A stretch of DNA of 64,000 nt from Azolla caroliniana (taxonomy: Eukaryota; Plantae; Polypodiophyta): positions 11,842,001 to 11,906,000 of the forward strand of contig JBHGNT010000014.1 of NCBI GenBank assembly GCA_043228905.1. Reading direction: 5' to 3'. Below, in pieces: positions 12,522 through 25,210 of this stretch (position 1 is the stretch's first letter; every line of letters starts with the position of its first letter). The position numbers were made by a program, and so were the translations under genes. The notes under the pieces were generated by a model. The model searched no databases. It had not been told where the DNA came from and saw only the letters and a list, made by a program, of their open reading frames with translations.

Positions 12522-15500
12522 ATGCCGTTCTAGTACTCCAAGTATAGAGATGATCCGGACGCGGAAGCTAATGTGCACGCCTTTGAACAGACATGGGAAG
12601 CCAACCATGTGTCTCAGCGATTGACCCCGGATGAAGAAGAACGCTCTAAGATAGCGGAATTTGGTGTCACATTGGAGGGAACAGCAGCAAGATGGCGTCG
12701 GATGCAGGACCCGTCTACCATCAACACCTTTGCAGATTTAAAAGCTAAATTCTTGCATTTTTTCCAAAAGGAGGTGGACCAGACCATAATGGTAGGCTTA
12801 TTTTATACCATCCGACAGGAGGCAGGGGAGAGCATTCCCCAATTTGTCATCCGGTTTCAACAGATGCATAGTCAGCTTGCCCGCGCACCCCCGGAGGAGG
12901 AATTACGGACTATATTCCTAAACGCGCTCCGGGAACCCCTACGCATGGTTTGCACGGTAATTGACTTCCGCACAAGTACCATCGACCAGGTCATTCACCG
13001 GGTGAGAGAGATGGAAAAGACAAGCTCTTGGCTCACACTGGGAGCACTCCAACGGGCGTTACCGTCCGATGAAGACCTCCGGTTTCGGCAAGCAATACAG
13101 TGCACAACCTGCTTGAATTCTGGACACTCGGCTCTAGAATGCACTATGAGGACGCAATGTGTAATCTGTCAATCCAAGATCCATATGACGGATAGGTGCG
13201 AGTATAATCTATTGAACCGGCAAGCACCGCCCGTCCGACAAATTGAGCCACGCAGCAGCCAGGATGAAGAAGAGGAACGCTGGCGGCGAATGGACCGCGA
13301 CCGACTAGCACAGGATGTCTGGTATAGCGATCGACGGGAGAATGATGTCCGGTACGGTGATCGGCGGGATAACTATGACCGGCATGATCGGTACCGGGAT
13401 TACAATAGACGATACGAACATTACGACCGGGAGCACTCCCCCGGGTATCGTCAGCAACGGGAGGAATACGGCAGATATAACGGGCAACCCCGTCAAGAGT
13501 ACCGCAATAAGAAGAGCTATAACAAAAAACGGCAGTTTAAAAAAGGCGGCTACCCACGAGATCCGGAACAAGGAGCTCCAAGCAGCCTACCGGTCCAAAA
13601 CCCCGCGCGTACCGCAGGACCTGCCCCGGGTACAACAGACAATGCCGAATCCAGCAATACCCAGAAAGCCTACTGCTACTACTGCCGACAGGAAGGCCAT
13701 TATAGTAACCAATGCCCGGTGAAGAGCTATGAAAAACGATCGGCGGTAAATATGGTAGTCCCTGAGGTGGTAGATCTGCAGCAGGTGACACAAGGTCGAA
13801 GGGCATGGCCAAGGAATAGGAGACGCAGGAGACCATCCGGAAACAAGCAACGGAATGGGTAAAGAAAGCAAAGGAGTAGAATGTCACAGACTTACAGCGG
13901 CAAAAGGAGAACACCGTAGGGCTTGCCGGCGGTAGTCACTCCGAGAACAAGACATGGCAGGCGTTACAAGAATGCCAGATTACGTTGCCACTAGGAAGAT
14001 TCCTACAACTCGTGCCAAGATTCACGGAAGGACTGAAGACGGCCATGACGGCAGGAGAACCATCACCGGCACTGGTACTCTTCTCGAATCCGGAGGAGGG
14101 ACCAACGGTGGTGGATACCAGCAGTCCGGTAATCACTGCCATTGTAAAAGGGAAAGAACTCCCCGACACAGTTATAGACGGAGGCTCTGGGGTGAATGTA
14201 ATAAGCCTCCGGACGTGTGATGCCCTAGGAATCCACGAGTGGGAGCCGTGTCCGTTTTGGTTGCGGATGGCCGATACAAGCTCAGTGCGGCCAACAGGAT
14301 TAATACGGAAATTAGAAGTCACCGTCGACGGTCATACATTTCACATCTCGGCAGTAGTGCTACAATTACAGGCACAAGGCGCATACCCGCTATTGTTGGG
14401 GCGTCCATGGTTGAAAACGGCACATATCAAACAAAATTGGAGGAAAAATATAATTACCTTCCGGCGAGGAAAAGCCAAGGTACGGGTACCAACACAGCCA
14501 AGGACGAGCACTGGCAAGGAATGTACACCGTTGTATGCGGAATGCGTCAACATGCTAGAAGGGTTAGCTGACGAAGAAGAAGCTCAGTACTTGCAGGAAA
14601 ACCCGAAGATCATACCCCTCTTCGAAATTGACATTGCCGAAGCAGTAGCACCATACTTACCACAACCGGAAGAGGCTGAAGCAGAACCGGATAAAGACGC
14701 TATCCGGGAGTTACGGCAAGCGCAGGAAGCGTTGGAACGGGAAATGGTCGTTTCACAGTGCGTAAAAGCGTCGCAACTGGAAGAGGTGAACCTAGGGACC
14801 ACGGACGAAGCAAAACCGGTGCACATCGCCAAGGAGATGAAGTCCGAAGACAAAACGGCGATGATCACACTTCTCACGGAATTTCGCGATGTGTTCGCCT
14901 GGTCATACGAAGACATGCGAGGACTCGACCCTCAGTTATACCAGCATCAGGTGCACTTGAGCAAGGACGCAAAACCAGTGGCACAAAGACAATACCGGAT
15001 GAATCCCAATTATGCCGCCAAAGTCAAGGAGGAAATCGACAAACTGCTAAGATTTGGCTTTATCCGTCCGATAAAGAAAGTGACATGGCTGAGCCCGATC
15101 TTAGTCGTACCGAAGAAGAATGGAAAAATTCGAGTTTGTGTGGACTATCGGAAACTCAATGCAGCTACGGTAATGGATGCGTTTCCACTTCCGTTCACAG
15201 ATGGAGTGTTGGATGCCGTCGCCGGCCATGAGGTCTATAGTTTCCTAGACGGATTCAACGGGTATAATCAGATCCGGATGCACCCCGACGACCAAGAGAA
15301 AACGGCTTTCGTCACCGAATGGGAGGTGTTTGTGGCCGTGGTGATGATGTTCGAACTCAAAATGGCACCGGCAACATTTCAACGAATCATCATGGAAATC
15401 TTTGGTGAATATATTCCGGCTTTTATGTAGGTTTTCCTTGACGATTTCGCCATCTATAGCCGGGAGGAGGACCATTTTCAGCACCTCCGTCTTTGTCTAG

Positions 15501-17708
15501 AAAAGTGTAGAGCGTACCGGCTAAGCTTGAATCCGGCAAAGTGTGTATTGGGCATGTCCAGTGGAACTCTATTAGGACATATTGTGAGCCAGGAAGGTAT
15601 TGCAGTCGACCCGGACAAAAGTGAAAGCCATATTAGAAGCACTGGCAAAGGCATTAAGCCGGTTCTTAGGCCAGATCCGGTGGCACAGCCGGATGCTCTG
15701 ATACTTGGCCGACCTGGCTACACCGTTGCATGCCGCCGTACATCGGACACCATTCCAGTGGACCGACACTGAGGATAGGGCGTATAGGGCCCTCAAGGTA
15801 CTATTGTCGCAGGCACCGGTAGTGCAGCCTCCGGATTGGAGTAAAGAATTTCACGTGTTCGTGGACGCCTCCGACATCGCAATCGGAAGCGTACTGATGC
15901 AGCTTACGAAGCCAAAGTGGTACCGGCCAGTGTACTATGCCAGCCGAAAGCTATCCCAAGCAGAACGGAACTACTCTACCACGGAACGGGAAGCTCTAGG
16001 GATGATCTACAGTGTGACAAAGTTTCGGCATTATTTATTGGGAAGGAAGTTTTCCTTCGATGTAGATCATTCGGCACTCCTTTACCTGGTGTCCAAAGCA
16101 TCACTCACCGGCAAATTGGCCCGGTGGACCTTACTGTTACAGGAATTCGAGTTTGAAATATTCCACCGACCCGGTATACAACATGTCGTGGCGGATTACT
16201 TAAGCCGATTAGAGTCCGGAGAGACGGGTGACGGAGTAGCGGATAAGTTTCCGGATGCGGAGCTGTTTCGAGTAACTACGGAGACGGCAACAGATGAGAC
16301 GGTGGCACAGGAAGACAAGTGGCTCAAAAATATGCACCAGTTTTTGAGCACAGGACTGCCTCCGAAAGAGATGAACCGGGACGAACGGAAACGCCTGGCG
16401 GTGCAAAGCCGACATTTCTGCTTACTACAAGACACACTTTACCACAAGGGCGCGGACGGCATATGGAGACGGGCGGTGCGCAGCGATGAAAAGGAACTGA
16501 TACTGAGGGAAGCCCACTACGGAGTTGCCGGAGGTCACTATGCCGGAGATGTGACGGCCAGGAAAATATGGCAAAGTGGCCTATGGTGGCCAACGACATT
16601 AAGAGATGCGGTACGGTACGCAAAAGAATGTGACCTATGCCAGCGAATGGGCCAACCAACGAAGCAAGCTCGTATGCCACACCAGCCGGTACTACCACTC
16701 GAGCCATTCCAGAAGTGGGGGCTGGACTTTGTTGGACCGTTCAAGCCACCGGCATTGAGAACAGGTAATCGGTACATCATCCTTGCGACGGATTACTGCA
16801 CGAAATGGGTGGAGGCCAAAGCTTTAAGGGACAACACCGCTGCGTCAACGGCGAAATTTCTATACGACTACATCTGGTGCCATTACGGATGCCCAATTGA
16901 ATTAATAAGCGACCAAGGGGGGCACTTTCTCGGCCAAGTAGTGGAAAGCCTGACGACATTCTATGCCGTTGTCCACAAACGGAGCACACCTTACTATCCG
17001 CAAGCGAACGGTTTAGCGGAATCAACGAACAAGACGCTCTAGAATATCCTCCGGAAGATCGTCAACGAAAACCGAACAGATTGGGATACCAAGCTACATA
17101 GCGCGCTTTGGGCATACCGAACGGCATACAAGACGAGCATCCAAACAACACCGTTCCGGTTAGCGTTCGGACTAGAGGCGGTAATGCCGGTGGAATTCCA
17201 AGTACCCAGCTTACGGATCCAGCTACGGGAACGGCTGAACGAGAAGGAGTCGGAGGCAATACGGTTAACAGCGCTGTGTGAACTCGAGGAACAACGACTG
17301 GCAAGCATCCTGCACTTAGAATTGGAACAACGGCGACGGAAAGCATTTGTCGACTGACACAGGAAAGGAAACGAAAAAATGTTCGCAATCGGCAAACCGG
17401 TGTTAGTATTTCAGACCCGGATGGGCAAGATGCCGGGTAAACTACGGTTTAGATGGACCGAACCGTATTGGCTAACACAGGAGTATAATGGGTCCTACCA
17501 GTTAGGGACACTTGCCGGCGAAGTGCTAGGCAAATGGGTCAACGGATTCCGATTGAAGCCATATAGAGGACCGATGCCTAAGAACCCATTTGAGCAAAGG
17601 ACCGACACCAGTGAGGGAAACGGCAACCACCAAGACGGCGGAGACGGCGAGCCGGTAACTAGGGAGAATGAGGCCGGTAAGGGTCCGAGAGGACCAACGG
17701 ACAAGTAA
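12522..17708 (+). pseudogene. gag-pol: gag-pol of element C (few stops and frameshifts)
   Basis: ORFs 12573-13862 (gag, 3 CCHC knuckles), 13985-15430 (PR VIDGGSGVN; RT LDGFNGYNQI), 15705-17042 (RNase H VDASD; integrase HHCC and DD35E), 17379-17708 (GPY/F-like tail). Confidence 0.95.
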
Positions 17709-17860
17709 CGTCACACTAATAATAATAATAACCAAAAAAAAAAAAAAAAAACAATCATGCAAAAGCGAGGAATGAATGGATGAAAGAGCGAGGAGCGAAA
17801 AGCTACGTAGTGGGCATTTAAAGCGCCACCACAGGACATAATGCTATTTTAGTACACAAC

Positions 17861-20800
17861 ATGCACACACTCGAAAAAGGCACCAGAATGCACAGACAAA
17901 AACCACTGCGCGTAGAGACCCTTTACTTTCGCGAACCCAGGAGCACAGAAGCACCAAGACGCTGCAAGATCATCAGACGAGAACCTACGCACAGAGAACC
18001 CCCGCCTTCTAAACTCTCTCTCTCTCAACCTCACTCTCATCACTATCCAACCTGGCCACCGCAATCCGACCTCGACACAGACATGGACCCACAAACGCTG
18101 TCGGAAGCCGCCAAGACATGGCTAAAGCAACACGGGCTCGAGGGCTTCTTGATGATGATGGAAGTACCGCCACACAAAGAAGCCGACAAAGTGATCAAAG
18201 AAATCGACACAGAGGTCATAACGGCAGAGGCGATTCGAGCGTTAACAGGCCTTCCGGAGGGAGGCATACTCACGATTGACAATCTAACCCCGGAGCAACT
18301 CATCAGGTATTTTGGTGAGTACTCTCTAGCCAGCAAGGGCTACTGGACACAGGGCGGCGGAGATCTGCTGTTCCGCGAGATTGCTCGTGTGCTCCACGAA
18401 TACGGCCACGTGTACCCTAGAACCCCTGTCATGCCGCAGAACCGGGCAGGGATGATCATCGCCACCTATGAAGGGATCAAGGTGGATTGGTCGGTATTGA
18501 TCGCAGACGGGTTGTGTGCGGCGATCAAGATCGTTAGAGGCAAAGACGGCAAAGAAGGCCGAGACAGACGGAGGATATGGCACGCCGTAACGCAGTGGCT
18601 CACCTTGCTTGTGCCACCCGTCCAGCCCGTCCAGCCCAAGAAGTGAGGAAGAGTGGCGGACGGCACCCCAAAGATGGCTTCCAAACGAAAACAGTTGTTG
18701 GCCTCTAAGGCCACTAAGGGGAAGGCGGCGGATGCAGAACAGGCGGGAAAGGAGAGTGGCAGCCGGAAGCGGCCAACAGATGCGCAGGAGGAACCACCGG
18801 CACGGCCCGTAAAGGTTACACTCCGCCGACCGGTGAATAGAGAAGCGGACCCCTTGGCGGCAAAACTCAATGTCGGGACTCAGGAAGAGGAAATAGAGGA
18901 GCCTACGGAGCACCTCCAACGACGGTCGTCGGCAAGGACTGTTGAGGCAGTCGGGAAACGTTTGGACCCTCAGACGAAGGGAACACCAGCTCCCCATACT
19001 GAGACTCCCACGCCAAGGAAGGAACCGGAACCGGTGCGCATGGCACCGGAATCAGAAGCCCCGGCACCACCGGCAACACCGGCAAGTCCCATCCCGCCAG
19101 AGCCGGAAAGGTCAATGCAGCCTCCCTCGGCCAGCCAAGAAGAAGCGCAAGGGGAACCAGAACAGCAAGGTGGTCCACGGGCAAAAACGGAACTGCAACT
19201 CGGCGCAACCAGGCGAGACCACCCATCTACAAGTGAGCCCATCTGTCAAACCTCCGTGCAAGCACAACAAGGCACCAGTAGCCTGTGGCTCCGGTGGACA
19301 GGCGAACAGATAGCCGGAGCAGTGGGGTATATTGAGGCGGAAGAAAGAGTGCAAAGCGAACAGTTGCTCGTCACAACCGAACAACTAGAGATGGCCCAGT
19401 CCAGAATCCGGTGCCTTGAAAAAGACTTGGATCAGGTCACGACAGACATGGCCAAAATGGCCTTAACGGCAACACAGATCCAATCACCGGTGACTCCGGT
19501 AAGTGTACAGAATAAAGAAATGGATCGACCTGTACATACCAATAAGACCCCGGCAACGGAAACCATTCCGGCGAGAGATGCGGCGCAAGCCCAGGAGCTT
19601 GCGGAATTGAGAGATGAACTTGCCGCACAGGAAGCGCTAAGGAGTCGTGAACGGGAATTGAAGACAGCGGCCGAAGCCGAATTAAAGAAGACTGCTGAGA
19701 ACCTCCGCCGGGCAGAGGAGAGCCTCCGGAAAGGCCATCAAGCGTACGACCGGCTAAGGGAGGAAAAAGACAAAGTGCTGCAGGAAAAGGACAAGCTACG
19801 GAAGACGGCGGAAACGGAAATTGAACGGCTAAAGGAAGAGCTCCGCCAGCAGAAGGACCGCGAGGACCGGGCCCGTCGACAGATCAACGCACGGCTCAAG
19901 CAAAAGATAGATGATTTTGAGCACCTGCACCGGGACTACAAACAGCTGGAAACAGAGCATAAGGAACGGATGGCCGAGCTCCAGCAGGAAGTTGATCGGG
20001 CCGCGACGGCGATCGCCGACGAACGTGCGGAAAATACAAGACGCTTGGACAAGGCGGAGAAGGTCCGGATGGAGCTCCAGATGCAGCAGCAAGAAGAAAA
20101 AGAGAGAGCGTCAACAGTATTGCAGAAATTACAAAGCACATATCAAAGGCAATTGACGCATTACAAGGCGCAGGCGGAAGACAACGTCAAAATCATTAAG
20201 CAACTGAAGGAGAAACGGCAAGCGGCGGAAACCAAATCGCAATTGGGAACGGGCCGGATTCAGTCCATCCTCCGGGCATGGCTGAATCAGACAAAACACT
20301 TGATTGATGAAAGCTCCGTAAGATGGTGGACAAAGTGGGCACAAAACGCGGCAGAACTCCAATTGCTACGGGCAGACGTGGCAAACCGGCGGAAGGAAGG
20401 AGATGATTGTTATACGTTGACTTCCGAGGACTTCACCGCCATACGGGACGAGCTGGCCGACGACTTCCAAGTCCTAGCGGATGAACAGCTGGCGCAAGTC
20501 AGGCAGCTCGTAGCTCAGCTAGACGATGATAGGTTGGACGCTCAAATCCAGTTTGAAAGCTACGAGCGGTCCCGGGTTCGGGAAGAAAAAGCACGGGAAG
20601 CAGCAACGGTTAACCTTAGTGATGAGGAACCGTCGCCGGTTGAGGGCCAGCCCGGAACCAGTCAACCGGAGACCACTACGACGAAGGGAGCAACGACGGA
20701 GACGCCGGTGTCAGAGCAACAAACGGAGGAGCAACCGCAGCAGCCATCAACGGACCCGTTGCAGCAGACGTCAATAGAGCAGAAACAACAGCAACAACAA

Positions 20801-20869
20801 CAACCAATTCCTAATGAACCATTGGAGACTCTCGAACAAAGCATTCTGGATATTTTGGACGAAGAATAG
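17861..20869 (+). pseudogene. 3' extra ORF of element C: N-terminal globular domain, Pro-rich linker, long coiled coil; one internal TGA
   Basis: ORFs 17861-18646 and 18653-20869 are in the same frame, separated only by AAG AAG TGA GGA AGA; E/K/R/Q-rich heptad region at about 19600-20600. Confidence 0.8.
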
Positions 20870-20904
20870 CAAGGGTCGGTTGTGGATTCGACGTACAAGG
20901 TCCT

Positions 20905-20921
20905 GTCCCACGGGCGTGCCA
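20905..20921 (-). promoter_or_regulatory. Inverted PBS-like sequence (tRNA-Arg 3'-end copy) at the PPT position of element C
   Basis: + strand GTCCCACGGGCGTGCCA, 2 nt before the 3' LTR; reverse complement TGGCACGCCCGTGGGAC nearly equals the PBS of element G (46305-46322). Confidence 0.8.
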
Positions 20922-20923
20922 TG

Positions 20924-21359
20924 TGTTATCGGCCGGCAAAGGAGTCCAGAGTGGGAAACGGAGAGTTATTTAAGTAGTGGGAATGTGGTTGTAATTAAGC
21001 TATGAGTGTGGGCGGACGGACCGGAATCGGTATGCCGTTCCGGATCCGGACCGATCCCGAACAGGTGCGGATGGCACCGTTTTGTAATACAGACCAGAAA
21101 CCTATTTAAAGGCCCGGATACAATGTAATGAATAGCGGTTAATTAATAAAAGGCTTAGCATTGTTATCTCTCTGTGTTAATTGCCGTTCTGTCTTAATTG
21201 TTATATCTTACGCGTGTGATTATGAAAGACGATCATGCTAAGTAACTTAATTAAGTTGGATTAAGCGTTGAGTCTGATCCGGTTGCCGTAACACCCTTTG
21301 GTGAAGTGTCTTCCGTAGACACCCTGTGTTAGGCCATTGTCCGGCCCTAAGAGTTAACA
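20924..21359 (+). repeat. 3' LTR of element C
   Basis: Direct repeat of 11836-12271. Confidence 0.97.
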
Positions 21360-21364
21360 ATGAC

Positions 21365-21751
21365 ATGTGATGCATGAATGCCGAAATGGCAAGCATGCAT
21401 TGTATGCATGTCTTGTACCCTCACATGCATCATATGCATGGGGGCATCTATAAAAGAGTAGAGGAAAAAGGAATGGAAATCAAGCAAGCTTTGTACTTTA
21501 TATCAAAATTAGTATTAAGAAACTAGTTATCCTATTGGTGATGTATCTTCTCCCTCAAAATTGAAGTCACGCATTCAATCTCTCTCTTCCTCAATCTGTC
21601 TCAAAATAAATTGGAATCCTTATTCAATCTCTCTCTCTCAATCTATCTTACATCCTTTCTCGCTAAAGCTAGTGCAACTTCGAATCCTTCCAATCCAAGA
21701 CCTTGGCGGTTCCGCCTCACGATTCGCACGTAGTGACGGATCTTCACAACA
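21365..21751 (+). repeat. 3' LTR of element B, right part
   Basis: Matches about 7353-7740; ends TCTTCACAACA. Confidence 0.9.
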
Positions 21752-21755
21752 CCAT

Positions 21756-22141
21756 GAACACCTCGAAATCGAGCGAGGTGTGGTATGTTGATTTCGGAGC
21801 GTCGAATCATATGACGAGACATGAGGAATGGTTCTTGTACTTGGAGTGTTGAGAATCAAGCTCAACTTGGTCTAGTGTGTGAACTCACCTTGAGAGTGAA
21901 GAGACACTCCAACGGTCAAGAGTCACCATACTGTCACCACTTTGTATTCTAGCATTTAGTATGAGTCATAGAATCATATTCTATGACACATAACTTATGA
22001 GCTTTCACATTTCCCATGCTCCATGAGGCTTGTAGTTAATGAAGAGAGAGGGAGACTACATAAAGCACCCTCCTCCCACCTTGTATAACGTTGAGTCTTT
22101 CTCCTTTGTCAAGATAGTTTTACCTTGCGTATTCTCTGTGT

Positions 22142-22183
<42 letters not shown>

Positions 22184-25100
22184 CACACACATAACTCACA
22201 TCTCTTCCGCTTCACAAGAATCCATCTCTTGATTCTTTACATGGAGAAACCGGAAAAACAAGGAGTGGTCGAAACGGGAGATGACACTCCATATACCATC
22301 GAACATGTCGGAGAAGTTCCTCTCAGCCACGTCGGACAAAAATGGAAACTTATGAACATGTTACACGTTCTAACAATAACCAAGAACCTCGTGTCAGTCG
22401 GTCAGATCGTCGAACAGGGGATGCAAGTTCGATTCACGCACCTCGGATACTGAAGAGGAAGGCCAAGTTATCGTGCAAGGGCGTTGTGAAGGGAGGATGT
22501 TCATCCTCAATACCAATCAAACTAGGACCGTGTTGTTAGCGAAAGGAAAGAAGGTCGAATTGGATATCGACCTATGGCACAAGCGGTTTGGCCACGTTAA
22601 CTTCCCACGGCTTCATGAAATGCAGACAAAGAATATCGTTTTGAGATTGCCAAAATTTCGGGGCCGTAATGGTCATGTCTGTGAAGCCTGCCAACTAGGG
22701 AAGCAGCATTGACTTCCATTCCCAAATGAGCGTAATCGTAGTCGAAATCCGCTAGATGTGATCCATTCAAATGTGTGGGGACCGGCATAGAATGTGAGCT
22801 TCGGTGGTAGTTGTTACTTCGTAACCTTCATCAATGACTTCACTCGGCACACTTGGGCGTGCTTGATCGCGAAAAAGAGCGAAGTCTTCACGTGGTTCCT
22901 GAAGGTGAAGAGCCTTGTGGAAAGGGAAACTGGACAAAAGATCAAGTGCCTACAGTCTGATGGCAGGAAGGAGTACTTCTCCAACTAGTTCACGAGTTAT
23001 CTACAGAAGGAGGGAATTGGACGCGAATTTTTGTGTAGATATACGTCGGAGCAAAACGGCGTAGCCGAACAGAAGAATCGGACAATCGAAGAAGCGGCCA
23101 GGGCAATGCTTGAAGAGAAGTATATGCCGAAGTTTTATTGGGCTGAAGCCATAAAGATGGTTGTTTAGTTACAAAATCGGACCTCTACTAATGGAGGAGT
23201 GTTGCCACACGAGTTGTATTACCGCAAGAAGCCGAACTTGGCACACTTGAGGATTTTTGGCAACATCTCTTACGTACATATTAGTCGGCATATTAGTCAA
23301 AAAGTGCATATTAGTCAAAAAGTGCATATTAGTCAGCTATTCAGATGAACAAAAGGGGTATAAGTTCTATAACCCCCGAACGAAGGAAGTTCGTGTAAGC
23401 CGAGATGTCGTGTTTGACGAGTTCGCTTCATGGTACCTACCTTCGCCTCTAATCCCTGATGACTCCATTCCGAATTCTGAAGAAGAGGTCAGCGAGGCCG
23501 AGCTACCTCCGCGTGATGAGGAAATCGGAGCTCTAACAGAGAGTCCGATCTCATTTCGGCTAAGCGGGCCGAATGAGGGGTTGAGCCGAGATGGCCAACC
23601 AAATGAAGAGTCGGCGAGTAGTGGAGACTCGGTCGTGTTGTCCCCACGTAAAGAACCGAGGAGACGGCTTACGCATAAAGAAAAAGGGAAGAAGAAAATG
23701 TCGAAATACGATTTCGGCAGTGCCGAGTCAAATCAGAGCGAATCTGACTTCAGGCCAATCGAAAAGGAATGTCCACGAAAGAGGTCGAAGTTGGCCGAAA
23801 AGGCCGTGAAATCGGGTAATCACGAATTACGCCGATCTACCCGCTTGAAGAACCCCGTAAAGAGGTATGGGTACAATGAGTAGATGGCGCATCATTATGC
23901 GTACATGACGCGCGTGGTGGAAGTGCGTGAGCTAGAGAGTTATGCAGAAGCGGGGAAAGACACACATTGGCGTGCCGCGATGGATGAAGAGATGTGCGCC
24001 TTAACGGACAATGAGACTTGGGACCTAGTTGACGTACCGAAGGGTGTAAAGCCGATCGGATGTAGATGGGTGTATAAGGTGAAATACAACACTGACGGCT
24101 CCGTCAACCGATATAAGGCTCATTTGGTTGCGAAACGCTACGCGCAAAAGCACGACATAGATTACGACGAGACCTTCACACCAGTCGCGAAGATGACTAT
24201 CGTGCGAGTTCTGCTAGCCGTAGTTATGGTGAAGGGGTGGTATCTACATCAGATGGATGTAAAGAATGTGTTCCTACAAGGTGATCTTGAGGAACATGTG
24301 CACATGGTACAACCCCCTAGATTTCTATCCGAACAAAACACTTCGGTAGTCTGCCGATTGAAGAAGGCGTTATACGGACTGAAGCAAGCCCCGTGAGCTT
24401 GGAACGCGAAGATTACGCAACAATTATATAGAATGGGGTTTACGATGTCCAAGTCAGACTCTTCATTATTTGTTCGGCAAGGTAAACATGAACCGGTTAG
24501 CCTTTTACTTTACGTTAATGATTTAGTCATTGCCGGTGCCGACCTGGAAGAAATCGGCCGCGTCAAGTCTCAGCTCGTGGCATCTTTCAAAATGAAGGAT
24601 CTTGGAGACCTTCATTATTTCTTGGGGATCGAAGTGATCCGTTCCCCCAAAGGCATATTGATCAGTCAACGCCATTATGCGTTGAATATGCTCTTCAAGT
24701 TTGGGATGGCGGATTGTAAGCCCATCTCGATCCCTCTCGATAGAAACGTAAAGCTTCGTCGAGATTCGGGAAAGGCGTGCGACTCGAAACGGTTTCGATA
24801 GATTGTCGGAAGCCTCATCTACTTGACAATCACTCAGCTGGACCTCAGCTATCCGGTCGGAATGATTAGTCAATTTATGTCGCAGCCCATGACCAAACAC
24901 CTTCAATGCACGCAAAGAATATTAGGTATGTCAACGGCACGAAAGACATGGCATTGTTGTACCGTACAGGCGTAGCCGAACAATTAGTTGGCTACACAGA
25001 TCTCGATTGGGCCGGAAATGCCCACGATCATAGATCCACATCTGGATATGCCTTCTCATTAGGAAGTGTGGCGATTGTGTAGAGCAATAAGAAGCAACCG

Positions 25101-25210
25101 ACAGTGGCGTTGTCGAGCATGGAGGCCGAATATTGAGGGGCGACTATCGCTACTACGAGATCTGCATGTGGAGGTGCCGATCCGACAATGATCTATTGCA
25201 ACAACCAAAC
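21756..25210 (+). pseudogene. pol: copia D pol (PR, integrase, RT, truncated RNase H)
   Basis: WYVDFGASNHMT, LWHKRFGHVN, FVTFINDFTR, PIGCRWVYKVK, HQMDVKNVFL, LLLYVNDL; many stops. Confidence 0.92.
21847..22241 (+). mobile_element. Solo LTR K (copia type) inside the D protease region
   Basis: TGTTGAGAATCAAGCTCAAC...GATTCTTTACA with TSD TGGAG on both sides; (CT)n(CA)n tract; termini resemble the J LTR. Confidence 0.9.

Larger units (their letters stand above)
11836..21359 (+). mobile_element. Element C: full-length non-chromovirus (Athila/Tat-like) Ty3/gypsy with a large 3' extra ORF
   Basis: 436-bp LTRs 11836-12271 and 20924-21359 (about 13 mismatches by eye); TSD ATGAC at 11831-11835 and 21360-21364; gag-PR-RT-RH-INT order; no chromodomain and no extra RNase H seen. 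Confidence 0.96.
6941..21751 (+). mobile_element. Element B: non-autonomous tRNA-Trp-primed gypsy (gag only, no pol); 3' LTR interrupted by element C
   Basis: 5' LTR 6941-7740; 3' LTR 11424-11835 plus 21365-21751; flanks CCGT / CCAT (4-bp TSD, one transition); PBS 7749-7765. Confidence 0.9.

Noticed and set aside
13780-13990. gag/pol frame change in element C as a programmed frameshift
   Set aside because: Sister element G has gag and pol in one frame; a 1-bp loss near 13790 explains it.
23276-23336. CATATTAGTC(AAAAAGTG) short tandem copies in the copia D integrase
   Set aside because: Local slippage or repair scar in a dead element.
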